Shown piece by piece: positions 35,088-49,267 of a stretch of 64,000 nucleotides of DNA. The notes under the pieces were generated by a model, which saw only the letters and a list, made by a program, of their open reading frames with translations, had not been told where the DNA came from and searched no databases. The position numbers were made by a program, and so were the translations under genes. This DNA is from Octopus sinensis (taxonomy: Eukaryota): the NCBI RefSeq assembly GCF_006345805.1, contig NC_042997.1, positions 106,454,001 through 106,518,000 of the forward strand. The letters are read 5' to 3'. Position 1 is the first letter of the stretch. Each line of letters starts with the position of its first letter.

Positions 35088-36759
35088 AACAACTGCTGAG
35101 AAGCTCAAGACTCAAAGCAGAGACTGAAAGATTTTTTATTGCAGCACAAAATCAAAACCTTCCCACCAGAAATCACCAAACACACGTCATGAAAAGAAAT
35201 ACAACTGCAGAATATGTGGTGATAGAGAAGAAATAATAAAGCATATAGTCTCTGGCTTCCCAGTCCTGGCTAAGAAGGAATACATTTACAGACACGACAA
35301 AGTTGGGACCTATATACACTGGAAGCTATGACAACACTATGGAATAACAACAGGAAAAAGATGGTATAGGCACACACCAGAAAAGTTCACAGAAAAAGAG
35401 AAAGCAATCATACACTGGGATATGCCAATACACACAGATAGAAGAATCAGGATCAATAGGCCAGATATAGTTGTCAGAGATCAGCAAGACAAAATGCTTT
35501 TTAATCGATGTATCAATACCAACAGATGATAGTTTTTCTGTAAAAGAACCGGAGAAACTCTCAAAATACAAAGATCTGGAAACAGAGGTAATTCGAATGT
35601 GGAGCCTAAAAACAGAAACAAATCTTATCACAGTAGGCGCATTATGTATGATAAAAAACATTTAGACAAATACATAACAAAACACCTAAGTGAATTCCGA
35701 ATACAACAAATTCCAGAATTAGACATACTAGAAACAGGCGCAGAAAAAGTCATGCGCATGAAAACCCGTGCTAAAACTGCTGCCTTAGATATTCTGACTG
35801 ATAAATGGCAAGAAAAACCTCTCAATGGCAAATACCCAAAGAGAGCGAATAATGCCGATGTTGGCAAAGCCCTTACCCATCAATGGCAAATGGCTTCTGG
35901 CTTAAAATCAGAAACAAAAGGGTTTATCATAGCAGCAGCCCAAGATCAATGCCTACTTACAAGGAACTACCAGGCCAACGTATTAAATAACGATAGCTCC
36001 CCAATATGACGTGTATGTCAACAACAAAATGAGACCATTGATCATGTTGTCTCCATGTGCAGTTTTCTTGCACATACAGAGTATGTTAACAGGCATGATA
36101 CAGCTGCTCAATATATTCACTGGGTAATTTACAAAAACCTGGACTTGCCCCATGATAAAACCTGGTGGGTACATAAACTACCCCCAGTGCTTGAAAATGA
36201 TCACATCTCACTCCTCTGGAACTTCACCATTCAAACTGACAGAAAGGTAGATGCAAATAGGCGAGACATCATATTGAAAGACGTCAGACAAAAATCATGC
36301 CTCCTCATTGATATGACTTCCCCAATTGATATAAACGTATCTGTCAAGACCTATCAAAAACTGAGCAAGTATAAAAATCTTGAAATAGAAATTAGCAAAA
36401 TGTGGAACCTGAAGACTAAAACAATACCAGTTGTCATAGGTGCCCTAAGAATGATAGCAAAAGGGGCTGATTGTTACCATGCTCAGATACCAGGAAAACT
36501 CCAAAATGGCAGAAATGCAAGACAGTGCTCATGGGAACTGCCCATATCCTACGTAAAGTACTGTCTATGTAATCTTAAATTTTAAAACAAACTTATAATT
36601 TTCTTATGTTTTCTTAAACATTCTCTAAAATAACACTGTGTACAAAACCAAATATATGGCACCTTAGGCATAACACCAGCATGAACTTCTGACTTGTCTC
36701 TTGAGGTCTCTGGGTGAGACTTGGAGACAACTTGTACAAATGCGAAAAGTCAAACATAA

Positions 36760-36760
<1 letters not shown>
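35088..36760 (+). mobile_element. Two tandem RLE-type LINE 3' fragments (~35088-35690 and ~35690-36760)
   Basis: Each has a knuckle and RLE (RPDIVV...IDVSIPTD; RHD...WW...DIIL...LIDM...KY.NL). The second ends in (AAT)n. Confidence 0.85.
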
Positions 36761-36793
<33 letters not shown>

Positions 36794-36861
36794 TAATAAT
36801 AATAATAATAATAATAATGATAATAATAATAATAATAATAATAATGATAATAATAATAATA

Positions 36862-36905
<44 letters not shown>

Positions 36906-37091
36906 GTCGCGCACATATGGTTGTGTCGCGCACATATGGTTGTGTCGCGCACATATGGTTGAGTCGCGCACATATGGTTGTGATGCATGTGCCTGGTGTA
37001 CCTTTATCAGACGGGTAGTCATGATGGGCATATTGGGTTTCGTATATTTTACCCCAGTGTCACTTTGATGGCATGAACTGCTCTCTCACTC

Positions 37092-37135
<44 letters not shown>

Positions 37136-37164
37136 TGATGATGATGATGATGATGATGATAATA

Positions 37165-37912
37165 TCGAAAGTCTTTTGATAGTATTCTCCACACATGGAT
37201 CATAGAAACACTAGCCATAAACACGGTAGCACCAGTAATCATAAAATATATAAAGTATTCCATGAATAAATAGCAGACAGTGCTACAGCTCCAGACAATA
37301 ATGATAGCAGTGGAAGAATGTGTACACAGGCTTAATATCAGTAGAAGAATGTGTACAGATAGAAATGAAAAGCCTAGTAGACTACAGAACGACACAGAAA
37401 AACTATCACAAAACTGTGAATAAAGAACAGGTGGTCAAGTGTGTAACAGGAGAAAAGGACAAGAATGAAATTCCAAGAGAGTACATCAGACAGATTGAAG
37501 TGAAACCTTTTCATGGTCAATATTGGAAAGCCACTGAGGATGTATGTGGAACAAAATTCTGAGATTGGCTTAAAAATAGGCAATTAAAAAAAAGGAACAG
37601 AGAGCCTAACTGTAGCAGCCCAAGATCAAACGATAAGAACAAGCAACTTGAGAAAATATATATATATGGAGAAAATGTGTCAGAAACATATAGTGCCTGT
37701 GGAATTTGGACCGAGACAATGGCATACATTGTGGAAGAATGCCCCAAGTTCGCACAGAAAGAATATAAGAAATGGAGACACGACCATGTTGTAAAAGCTT
37801 TACACTGGAAACTATGCCAGAAATGGGGATTTGAAGCTGGAAATACATGGTACAATCATCGAGTCGAAAGAGTACTGGAGTCGGAGAAATGTAAGATTTT
37901 GTGGGACTTTCC
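37165..37912 (+). mobile_element. RLE-type LINE fragments (RT piece, knuckle, start of RLE)
   Basis: HIVEECPKFAQKEYKKWRHDHV...HWKLC...KILWDF; preceded by (AAT)n/(GAT)n. Confidence 0.75.
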
Positions 37913-38501
37913 TAGTCACCCTTGTTTTCGTCGCCGTCGTTCACACCATTGCAGTGATTTCGATATTTCTGCAAGTGCGTCAGCCTCAAAAGAAGGCGTC
38001 GCATTAACAAGGACGGCATCACAAGACCACAATGGAGTGAGTGTTTACAGTAGATGGATTTCTCTCACTAGTGGAACTTGAATCTTCCATATGAAGCGTA
38101 AGAGTGCGTGAGTGCGTTTAAACCTGTCTGTTTATATATTATGACAGGCTCTCAGTTTCTCTTCCAAATTCCATTCGCAAATATTTGGTCAAAGTTAACC
38201 TGAGTTACCACTTTCTTCACTACCAAATTCCATTCTTTCCCTCCCCACTTTCTATCTCTCTCCTTTCTGCCAATGTCTATACACAGTCAAAATATTAGAA
38301 CCAATAAAAGGGTAAAAATATAAAACGCAATTTACAGAAAATCCTCTTTTTGAGAAGAAATAATTTATTTAAACACTACAAGTCATCTGTGTAGAAATTT
38401 ACACTTTAAATTTCTTTTAAAAAATAGCTTAAATTAAAAAATGAAAGGCAAAGGTTAGAAATAAAATTAATACATTTTGATAATAAACGGTGAACATTTA
38501 C

Positions 38502-40738
38502 CTGCTCAGTAAAATAAGACATTTTCGACTCGATTGGATAGCAAACAATATATTTTCAGCAATCTGCTTCCCTGCAGGAAAATCTCGATGATGGATATTC
38601 AGTTTAAACGTATCCTTTTCTTCAAGTTCTGGAATTAGATATTCAACAACACAACCACGATCTTCTTCTGCATAAGATACAAAAGCGTCATAAAGATATT
38701 CCCCAGTTTGTATTCTCTGATATGCGTATCGTTCTCGGATCATGTAATACAAATATCGTAGTTTCCATCTAAAATGATAAACAAGAGCTCCAACAGAAAA
38801 GCAACCCAGAAGCACAATAAGACATGTTACAGCGATAATTATACCGATAAATGATGAACACCTATGGTTAAGATAGGTTATAATCAAAGGAAGCCGACTG
38901 TCTGTCAACTCCCACACTGTTCCGTTAGGATGAGTACATTTCGAGTACATTATTTTCAAACGACCTGAATTCCGTACTTTGTGCAGCCAAGTGAGAAATC
39001 TTATTTGTGCACAACCACATTTCAATTTATTGCTTTCTATGTTAACAGTGAATTTATGGTGTTCAGATATCTTTTCAATAGCATTAAAAGTGTTTTCCGA
39101 CAGTTCCTGTAAAACGTTTTTAGATAAATCTAAGTATGATAAATTTAACATATGACTAATCTTTACATCAAAGGATTTCAATAAATTGTTGCGTAAATTT
39201 AAGATTCTGAGATTTTTCAGCTGTAACAAACTGTTGTTTGATAAATATTGAACGTGGTTATTTGAAAGATGTAATTCTTCGAGGCTGGTTAAATTTAGAA
39301 AAGCTTTGCTGAAACCTTCTTTGGCAACTTGACCTGAAATTCCTATTGCGTTATTTTCGATATTCAAAAGTCGCAGACCAGTGAAATATGTGAAGAATTC
39401 GTTGCTGATATTATTGCATTGGTTGTGACTTAAATCCAGAATTTGTAATTGCTCTAAGCCTCGGACTGGGCCACTCCATGGACAAAATAAATTATTCGTT
39501 GCATTAATTAATCTTATTGCATTTGCATCTTTTATATGGAATGGTGGTATCGGAAATTGATAGTGGCAACCTTGTAGTAAGAGTGTTTTAAGAGATTTAG
39601 AGATTGTAAAACTGTAAGTAGTATCCCTATTGAGTAATTTATAACGAAATAATGGAAGGTTTTTATGTGATAACGTCGTACTAATGTCAATTAATTTAAT
39701 GTTGGTTAAAGTCTTGATTTCAAGCAAATATTTTCCATATGTTAATATATTATTTCTCAAATATGCGTATTCCAATGTTTTGGGCAAAGAAGAAATAAAA
39801 TTGGGCTCAATATATTCCAGTCTGTTATAATTAAACTCAAATCTTTTCAGTGATGTATATTTTAAACAAGATGCTTCCGGTGTAAATAATGGAAATCCAC
39901 GGTTATTCCCATCATTGATATTATTGAGAACAAGATATTCAAGATGATAACTTGACAAGAAACTTTTGAAGAAATGGATGTATCCAACGTGAATTTTATT
40001 ATATGAAATATCTAGAACTCTCAGATTATTTAAATGTCTAAAAGTTTCTACTCTAATTGCACTTATTTGAGAATAACTGAGATTCAAAGAGACAATATGC
40101 AGTGTATTTCTAAAGCAAATGTCCGTGAGAAAAGACATTTGTGAGCTGTTTCGTTTTGTAGCAAAGCTAACATACTTTAATTTTGACAGTTTTGCATATG
40201 CCGCTCCAAAATGCGAATCTATAGAACCTGTCATATATAATTGTTCCAGTGAAGTTAAATGAGAAATAGTTTTATCGATATAGGTCGTAGATATGTGTAA
40301 TAAGTTACCTCGTAATTTCAGAATTTTCACTTTTGTTAAATTTTGGAACAGGTTTATAGGAAAGGATTTATAAGTCATAGTTAGTCGGTTGTACTCTAAC
40401 GAGAGTTCTCTCAAAGACCACAAACCTTGAAAGGTGGTCGGTTGAAAACGTTCAAGGAGATTATCGTCAAGTTTTAGCACCTCTAATAAATTCAAATGTT
40501 TCAAACTATCCGTTGGAATACTTTTAATACGATTTCGACTTAAATCTATTACTGTAGTATTCTTTGGAAAAGAATCGGGTGATTGGGTTAGATTTTGATC
40601 TTTACAGATTGCAGTACAGCGGTTAAATTTAATCTCAGTACAGTTGCAAACATCAGGGCAGTCCGTTTGACAATTCGCAGTCACTTTAATAAACATTTTC
40701 ATGCAGTAAGCAAAAGCAATAATGAACGTCCTCTTCAT
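38502..40738 (-). CDS. Toll-like receptor TLR-B, coding exon 1
   Basis: 746-aa ORF with the same architecture as TLR-A (CQTDCPDVCNC cap, LRRs, LRRCT, TM, YDAFVSY, HHRDFPAG). Donor AG|GTAAAT, phase 2, at the same site as TLR-A. Confidence 0.95.
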
Positions 40739-40740
40739 TG

Positions 40741-40758
40741 TTATGTAGAAATCTTCAT
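40741..40758 (-). promoter_or_regulatory. 5-codon uORF (ATG AAG ATT TCT ACA TAA) ending 2 nt before the TLR-B start
   Basis: Minus strand reads ttttattttAG|gc ATG...TAA ca ATG; it sits just after a likely 5'-UTR splice acceptor. Confidence 0.45.
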
Positions 40759-40850
40759 GCCTAAAATAAAAGAAATATAGATAATTTTAGGTAAGCAAAT
40801 TTTAGTAGAAATCTATGGCAGCTGACACTTTGGTGACATATAAACTTAAT

Positions 40851-41290
40851 ATATTGGGTTGGCAAGATAGTAATTTCGTTTTTCGCAAACAGATAGAGTT
40901 ACGATTTTTTAAATGGTTTATGTCCATGTTATGATTTTTTTTCCTTTTGACATTTGATAGTCGTTACTTTTAACTTACTTTAGAAGCAAAATGCGCGTAA
41001 TTTTGTTTACAGCTATTAGTTCAGTGTCAATTTTAATATGGAGTTCAAAAACGAACATTTTCGCCATATGTTGCGTTTTTATCTTTGTAAAGGCAAGAGA
41101 GCTGTTGAAGTTCACAAAGAGAAGTTTATATTGTTGATTGCTTAACAGGACGCACATGTCAGAAATGGTTTTAAAATTTCCGTTCAGGAGATTTTTCACT
41201 CAAAGATGATAACGTTCTGGCCGACCTACTGAAGTTGATGATGACCGAATCAAAGCCATAATTGAAACTGATTATCATATAACTGTGCGC
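40851..41290 (+). mobile_element. Mariner 5' fragment (TIR and HTH region)
   Basis: TIR-like tattgggttggcaa; translation RTCQKWF.KFRSGDFSLKDD..RSGRPTEVDDDRIKAIIE (frameshifted). Confidence 0.75.
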
Positions 41291-41572
41291 GCGCACGCAA
41301 ACGCACACGCACACACGCACACACATGCGCGCACACACAATTGAATGAACACGACACCCGACAATTAAAGCACACATGTTTCAGCTCTAATGTTAGATAT
41401 GTTAAACTCCGCCGCTTGTACACGCATGTTGTACGCATCCGAGGACGGTATATGACGTAATACAAAGAACGCAACAATAATAAGAGAAAAGAACATGGAC
41501 GTAGCTTAGCATTCCATTATTCCACTTGTTACATATGTTTCAGTATTCGGCAACACCTGACGTCACACTAAA

Positions 41573-41832
41573 TGTAAACACGTGACACTTCTAGGGAAAA
41601 CGTAGAGCAAACATATCGTCAGACAATCGTAAATGAAATAGAAGTTAGAGAGAAACATCAACCGAACAGACCACAGGAACATGCCAGAGGAGGACGGGCA
41701 TGCAGAGTGGGCAGGTGTTAGGGCTTTGGGACTTACACCGCCTTTATAAATGGAGAAGGAAGAGGCGGGTAAAGATAACAGTCGGCAACATAAATGTGTA
41801 CAATAAACCACTCAATGAACGGCGCCGTCACA
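41573..41832 (+). mobile_element. Possible solo LTR
   Basis: TGT...GTCACA ends with internal TATAAA and AATAAA. No TSD found. Confidence 0.3.
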
Positions 41833-42059
41833 GTCTTTCCCGGTAGGTTTGGTTTGTAACCAGCTCATGCAGCCCTACGCGTGCGCGCGTGCAGACTAGT
41901 GCAAAAAGAATACACATGCAAATACGCGTATGTGTGTGTGTGTGTACACACACATATATAGATATGCGTACGTTCACACATACATGTTTACACTCAGACA
42001 TACGTACATGTGCACCAGTATATTCAAACGTGTGAAAATACGAAGACAATGAAGAACGG

Positions 42060-42800
42060 GGGGAGAGTGGAGATGTTGAAAATATCAAAGACAGCGGAGG
42101 TCAACTGGTGGGGTATGGTCTAGAAGTGATGGTACTTATCGGCCTGTCTGACCTCCACAAAATGATAGAAGAGATAGTTCTGCCCGATGAGACCAGACTG
42201 AGAGTCATGGTGGAGGGTAGATCACCAATATGCTTCCAATATAGAGTAAGGGGGCACATGAAGGCAAAGTATCCCCAGAAACACGAGGGTCGTCAGATAG
42301 AAGTGAATGTAATATCGGAGAGGGAAATAGAGTTTACATTCGTGGAGAAGAAAGGAAATAGCGAATCTTCACCGAAAAAGAAAAGGAAAGCGGAGGAAAA
42401 GAAAATAGAGAAAAGAAGAAATGAGGAGGCAACGGAGAACCTTCAACGAGTAAGAAGGAGGAAGGACAGAATAAACAAGAAAACGAACATCAAATAGAAG
42501 TGGAGACACTAGTAGAGAGTGAAGATACAGCCGTGAATGCCACGCAAAGGAAAATATGAACGAATGTTAGTGGTGTGCGAGAAAAGTGTTGAAATAGCAA
42601 AAATGAAAGGTGTAATAAGAGTGAAATTAGCAGATAATGAAGAGAACCGTATTATGAAAGCAGTGCTACTGCAGAACGAAAGAGCGGCGAGATTAAAAGA
42701 GACATTTGGAAGCAGAGTGGAAATTACAAGAAAGTGGTTTCAATATGATGAATTGCCACCAGTGGTCATGAATGCAGACTTAATGCCTTATGCAATATAA
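42060..42800 (+). mobile_element. LINE ORF1/gag-like fragment related to 23000-24755
   Basis: IVLPDETRLRVMVEGRSPICFQYRVRGHMKAKYP is a decayed CCHC knuckle, followed by a K/E/R-rich tail. Confidence 0.5.
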
Positions 42801-43163
42801 ATCATGATACATACTGGACAAAAATCATTGATTATATAAACAGTAAAATGGGACTTTCTACTTTGGTGGGTAGAAAGCCATTTCATTATTATAATTTCAC
42901 ACTTCATAATTCATTCGTTAATCATTTTATGTATCCGACGTTTGTCTTTGTAATGCCCATTCTATAAAAAGTGCTATATGCCTATAATAAAGAGAAAAGA
43001 GTCGAGTGAAGTTGGTGTTAATTCGCAGCTAAGTCGGAAGGTGCCGGTTGGTTAGTCACAAGGAAAATTAATTGTTGGTTCGTAAAGAGATTTGTTAGTT
43101 CATTATATTGTTTTTACTGTTGTCGGGTTATTTATTGTACGTAACAAATTACGTCACAACATC

Positions 43164-45890
43164 TGGCGACGTGGGTTCGAAGCTCACGTAGATTATTTAA
43201 CAATTTGTGATACAACTTGTCAAATATGGGAAGGCCTATCAGCTTCCATAGCACAGTTGCTAAAGCAACAAGAGTAGCAACGGGAATTGCAGAAACAACT
43301 ATTACAGCAACAACTACAACAACAATTATTGAAGCTATATTCAAAGAAATTTAAAAATTAGGTAAGTTCGTTTTCGACAGACAGCGTTTCGAACTCGAAT
43401 AATGAATTCAGAGGAGGGTCTAACTTGTGCATCGTGCTACAGAAGGTACGAGATTTTTAAGCAAGATTACAAATCATGGTCAGACGAACAAAAAATGAGA
43501 TTGTTATTGCTAAAATTAGTGCCGTTAGAGCATGAACGTTACCGTAATTCCATATTGTCCCCAAAATACAATGAAATTTGTTTTTAAAAAACAATAGAAT
43601 TACTGTCTAACATATTCGGTGATAAAACTTTACTATTGAACAATCGAATAGAGTGTTGGAATATAACGATAAAAGAGAATGATGATTTTATCACAGACGC
43701 AGGAACGCTCAATAAGATGTGTGAAAGTTTTAAACTCAAAGTACGGATCTTTTCGGTTTGAACGGCAGTTTTTAACATAATTTCTAGGTAACTAAAACAT
43801 TTTAAACTTCGTATACTGGTAAAATGTGTTTATAAAACATCTTTTTTTCTTGGCTTTATTGAGAAAATTCTATAGTTTGTAAGATATTTGTCGTTTTTTT
43901 CCTTCAATTTCTGCAATTTCAACCAAACAGTGACGTCTATTGAGTTAAAAAGCATTCTGTGCCGTATGAATATGTTCCTCGTTTAAGAAACAGATTGGGT
44001 TTATTTACATTTGTGAAGAAAAAAAGATAACCTTCCCCCCACCCCTAACCCTAAAACAGATTGAAATGCAATAGATCGATTCTAGGGTCATAATTATGGG
44101 TAATAATTTCATATGACACCGCTAGAAAAAACTGCCGTTCAAACCGAAAAGATCCCAAAGTACTTACACCTGAGACATTCAAGTGTCTTATTTTCGTACA
44201 AGGCCTTACAGCAAGCGAAGATACAGAAATTCAAGCAAGAATTCTTTCTAAATTGAAACAAGCGAACCAAGAACTAAGTTTACAGTTCATGGCAAAAGAA
44301 TGCCAAAGGATGGTAAACTTGAAACACGGAGTAGAAAAAGTTCAAGAAGAGGATGCCTCAAGAATACTGATATGCCGACCGGAAAAAGTACAACCAGAAA
44401 AGAGAGCAACGTCCTAATCCATGTTATGGGTGTAGGGGCATACATTTCGGAAAAGTCTGTCCATTTAAAAATCAAAAATGTTACAGTTGCAAAAGAATTG
44501 GTCACTAGAGTGCAGACTGCAGAACAAAATTACGAATATCAAACGTTAAAACCCTAGAGTGCTCTCAACAGAAACAAAAATTGACTCCAAAATAAGAAAA
44601 TTCGTACACATAAAAATAAATGGAATACATATTAAACTTCAATTGGATACTAGATGTGATGTTTCAATAATAAATGTGGACACACTGAAGAAAATAGGGA
44701 AACTTATATTGAGAAAAACAGCGAAATCTGCTGGTAGCGTGACGGACGACAAATTACATTTCATAGGCGAAATGTGGACTAATGTCACATTTCGAGGGAA
44801 AACATGCATGGTGAAAGTCTTCGTCGTTAAAAATGCAACCGATCTGTTTGGTACCGATTGGTTAGAATTATTCGATTTATGGGACCTCCCCGTAAATCTC
44901 TATTGTAAAAACGTAGATGGTTGTCCTTCTAAAAATAATTCGTCTGAAAAGTTAAAGCGAAAATTTTTTTTAAATGTTTCCGCAAGTACTCTCGGACTAA
45001 GTAGACTGAATCGTGTTTTAAATTAGATGATAACGTTACACCTGTGTTTAAACCTAATAAGAAAGTGCCTTTGCGGAAATAAAGCAAGGGGATGGTGAGT
45101 TGGACAGATTGGCAAAAAACGGAATTATTGGAAAAGTGGAGTACGCGAAATGGGCAGTTCCGACTGTATGCATAAAAAGAAAAAGAAAACAAAATTGGGT
45201 TGTGCGCCGATTTTTCGACCGGTTTAAATGACTGTTTAAAAATGAACCATTATCTACTACAGACCCCAGAAAATATTTTTACAAAACTAAACAGAGGAAA
45301 ATATTTTCAAAACTCGATCTATCTGACATATATCTACAAATCAAAGTAGATTTTAAAAATGCTCAAAGCTGTTAACGGTCAACTCGCACGGAGATCTTTA
45401 CAAATACAATAGACTACCTTTTGAACTGAAGGTAGCACCTGCAATATTTCAACAGATGATGGACGCGATGTTGGCAGACTATCAATTTACTATTCCTTAC
45501 CTTGATGATGTGTTAATCAAAAGCGAATCGCGGAATTAGCATATCGAATACGTGAAGTGTGACTTTAAAGAAATTAAGAATTGTGGTTTCACACTCAATG
45601 AAGAGAAGTGTGAATTTTTTCTTTTTTTTTTGCCTAAAATCAAATACCTGGGTCAAATCATAGATAAGAATGGAAGACGTCGAGAGCAGACGCAATCAAG
45701 AATATGCTGCCTCCAACGAATATACCGACATTGCAAGCTTTCCTTGGCCTAGTAAATTACTATCAACAGTACATTCTAAATATACATAAATTGAGAACAC
45801 CATTAAACGATTTACTGGGAAAAAAAGAAGTAAAATAGAATTTGTCAGAAAAGTGCCAAAACGCATTTGAAGACATAAAAATCTGAAGAG
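43164..45890 (+). mobile_element. Ty3/Gypsy LTR retrotransposon relic (PBS, gag, protease, RT)
   Basis: PBS-like TGGCGACG after ...ACAACA; protease LQLDTRCDVSII; RT FSKLDLSDIYLQI, RLPF...APAIFQ, YLDDVLI. Confidence 0.85.
43745..44155. mobile_element. MITE with 29-bp TIRs and an 8-bp TSD, inserted in the Gypsy gag region
   Basis: ggatcttttcggtttgaacggcagttttt and aaaaactgccgttcaaaccgaaaagatcc; CAAAGTAC on both flanks. Confidence 0.92.
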
Positions 45891-46469
45891 AATAGTCAAA
45901 CAAAAATATTACTCAGTATTTGAATATGAAGATGGAAGTAAATAAGTATTTTTGTTACCTTGTCGTTAATTAATTGTATTTTACATGAAGTATTTCATTC
46001 GTCTTGTTATTTCTAGATATAAATTCGTAGTTTTTTACATATACATATATATAACTACGTATGTCTATACATCCTATCTGATCAACTCCTGTATATATAT
46101 AAGATGTAAGATGAGCTGGTTAAGTAAAACCAAAAGTGAGAAGTCAATCCTTAAAATGTTGAAGTACTTATTATATATTTCAAGGATGTTTATGAAAGTG
46201 CTTTAAACAATGTCAATGAGATAATTAAAAATGCTTACTTCCAACATTGGACAAAATCACTCCATACACTCTTGCCTATGAAAATATCCCCACTTTTACA
46301 ATGAAAGACTATTCTGTTACACATACATACAAAAATACATGGACACAAACACATGTATAAAGAGTGTTTGAGCTAAATTTAACAGTTTGCATAAAAGGAA
46401 AAGAAAAGAAAACATCTTATCCCAATATAAAAGGTTTTTTTTTAAATCAAACAGTATCAACTAGGTTAT

Positions 46470-46745
46470 GGCTCAGAGATAACAGTTTACTCAAAGCAGC
46501 CGCGCTGAGCCACCGCCACGACCTTAAAACGGCTCCAGAACTTGGTGCGTGCGTGCCTTACTGTGTCCTTGAAAAAATCTTCAAACAACTCCTTGGTGTT
46601 GACCACCAGCTCGGCCTTGATGTTTCTCGAATGCGCCCCACAGAGAGTAATCTATTGGATTACAATTGGGGGAATTAGGAGGCCAGAAATTGAGGCTAAT
46701 GAAGTCGCAGAAATCCCGTAACCAATTTGGAATGTAAACAAAACA
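46470..46745 (-). mobile_element. Tc1/mariner-superfamily transposase C-terminal fragment
   Basis: FWPPNSPNCNPIDYSLWG motif. Confidence 0.72.
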
Positions 46746-46831
46746 CATACCAGTATGTATGTACGGCCAATAATGCATATATGTATGTACATTTATACAC
46801 GCACACATACAAACACACGCGCACGCGCACG

Positions 46832-46914
<83 letters not shown>

Positions 46915-47129
46915 AACGCATATATACAAATCCACGCAAAAGCATAAATTTATATATGTGTATATAAGTATATATAATACATATGTATTTATATATAGCT
47001 ATGTATAGACATATGTGTATGTTTGTGTGCGTGTGATTGTATGTTTGTACACAATTTTGGTGGCTCTCGGAGAGAGTTAAAAGCTGCTTGGGGGATACAA
47101 ATAATATCGAACATACATACACATGCTAT

Positions 47130-47410
47130 GTGCTTTACTAGTTATCACGTAATTACGTGACCGACCTGGTTATTAAGTGCTGTTAGACCTCGCTGGGCAA
47201 CATGCGCTTTATCATTGTTTTATCCCTCAAATGACGCCACCCTTCTGGGTAGGTGAGCAAGCTAACATTCCCCAACTGATCAAAAACGGGAATGGAGCAA
47301 CGTGAGATAAAGTGTTTTGCTCAAGAACACAACGCGCCACCCGTTCTGTGAATTGAACTCACGATCTAGTGATATCGTGATTGCAACAGCCTCTTCACGA
47401 GGCCACGCAT
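47130..47410 (-). mobile_element. tRNA-derived SINE (third family)
   Basis: aagtgttttgctcaagaacacaac...gaattgaactcacgatc...ggccacgc is the reverse of a head with a B box plus a ttgagcaaaacactt central motif. Confidence 0.65.
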
Positions 47411-47417
47411 TTTACCA

Positions 47418-47521
<104 letters not shown>

Positions 47522-47689
47522 TATATATATATATCAGTTGGATAAAGTTAAACATGGTCTGGTTTTCACGTTTTCTATTATGGTATTTTAACATTTATAA
47601 TTTGTAATCCTTATAAAGTTAAATTAGCGCTTTCATACATAGAGTAATCATCAGCTTTGATACATAGAGTAAGCATTCACAGTATCCAA

Positions 47690-48060
47690 CATAACAAATG
47701 TGGGACGTATCAATACATGCATACTGGTAGATCTATTAGAACAAAAAATGGACAGGCATTCGCAAATGCAGATATGAATGTCAAAAGCAGAAAATCGATC
47801 TAATTCATTAAATGCCTGAATTGCGAGGAATTGTATATTGGCGAGACAGGGGATGCATTATCAGAACACTCACGAGTCTACAGACGACAAATCCGGCACA
47901 CCAATGCTCGCCAAATTCCATTGGGTGAACATATAGAGACATATGGTCAGAAAATGCTTCTAATTTTTCCTTTCATATACTACATGACACAAGTAAAGTT
48001 GGAAGAAAAATAAAAGAAAAATGCTTCATTAAAATGTTCAGACCTGTTCTGAACGGAAAT
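47690..48060 (+). mobile_element. Penelope-like GIY-YIG endonuclease fragment
   Basis: IKCLNCEELYIGETG...RQIRH...EHI...FRPVLN. Confidence 0.75.
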
Positions 48061-48454
48061 AACAGCAATAGTATAACAACCAGTTAATGATGTGAATTAA
48101 AAAAATATCTCTTGCATATAAATATAGACAGATTACAGGATATCAGTACGCCTGGCAAGCCATGATATTTAAGCTGCATGCAGATTGGTTAAAACCGTGT
48201 TCTAAAACTTCAGCTTCTTGAAGTGTTCTAAGAGGTACTAAAGTTGTCAAGACCTCAACTGTCAGTTAAACACATTTGAAATCTGATGATCACTCCATGT
48301 ATGAAAGCGGTAATTTAACTTTGAGATTTACAAACTATATTTTTTAATGTTAAACACTATAATAAAAACATGAAAGCCAGGCCATGTTTTAACTTTATTC
48401 AACTGATATATTATTCTATACATATTCACACAAATTCGAAATAAAATATATACA

Positions 48455-48500
<46 letters not shown>

Positions 48501-48736
48501 TATATATATATACATATATACTCACATAAATATATGTATGCATTTGTATATACCTATAAAGAGGTCTTAGGGTTTTTGGGCCCATAAAGTTAAACCCTTT
48601 ATGGACGGGAAACCCAGGGTAACGCCATAAACCGGCCTCTCCCAGTAAAAAACATTGGCTGCTCTACTTCTTAGAGTGTGCTTCACCAGATTTATGCTTT
48701 CTAAAAGCAATGTGTGTGTGTGTGTGTTTGTGTGTG

Positions 48737-48791
<55 letters not shown>

Positions 48792-49220
48792 TGTACGCAC
48801 ACCACTCATCATTAGTTTCAATCAATCTGTGTAGGAAATTTTTCAGTATCTTTGAGTTGTATCGCTGCTGCCGACATTTTGAGAATATTGACGTTACAAG
48901 GAAATTTTCAATTCTTTCCCCTTTCATCTATCTAGCCACTGTAAGAATCAAGGACAAATGCTTTAACGTAACGATTATGTATTGCTACACACACACACAC
49001 ACACACACATACACGCGCGCGCGCGCACATGTCTGTACGTAGTTTTCTCTTTTTCAAAGTTTATGCCAGCAACAAGTTTCATAATTAATACTTCATATAT
49101 TTCATGTTTTCCTCACTTCCAATCACCAAAATTCAAATGATAGATCGAATATTTTACGTTAATTACTCTGCGCGCGGAAGCGGAAGCAGAGTATTGTAAT
49201 CAACTTACAAACTTCCCGAT

Positions 49221-49267
<47 letters not shown>

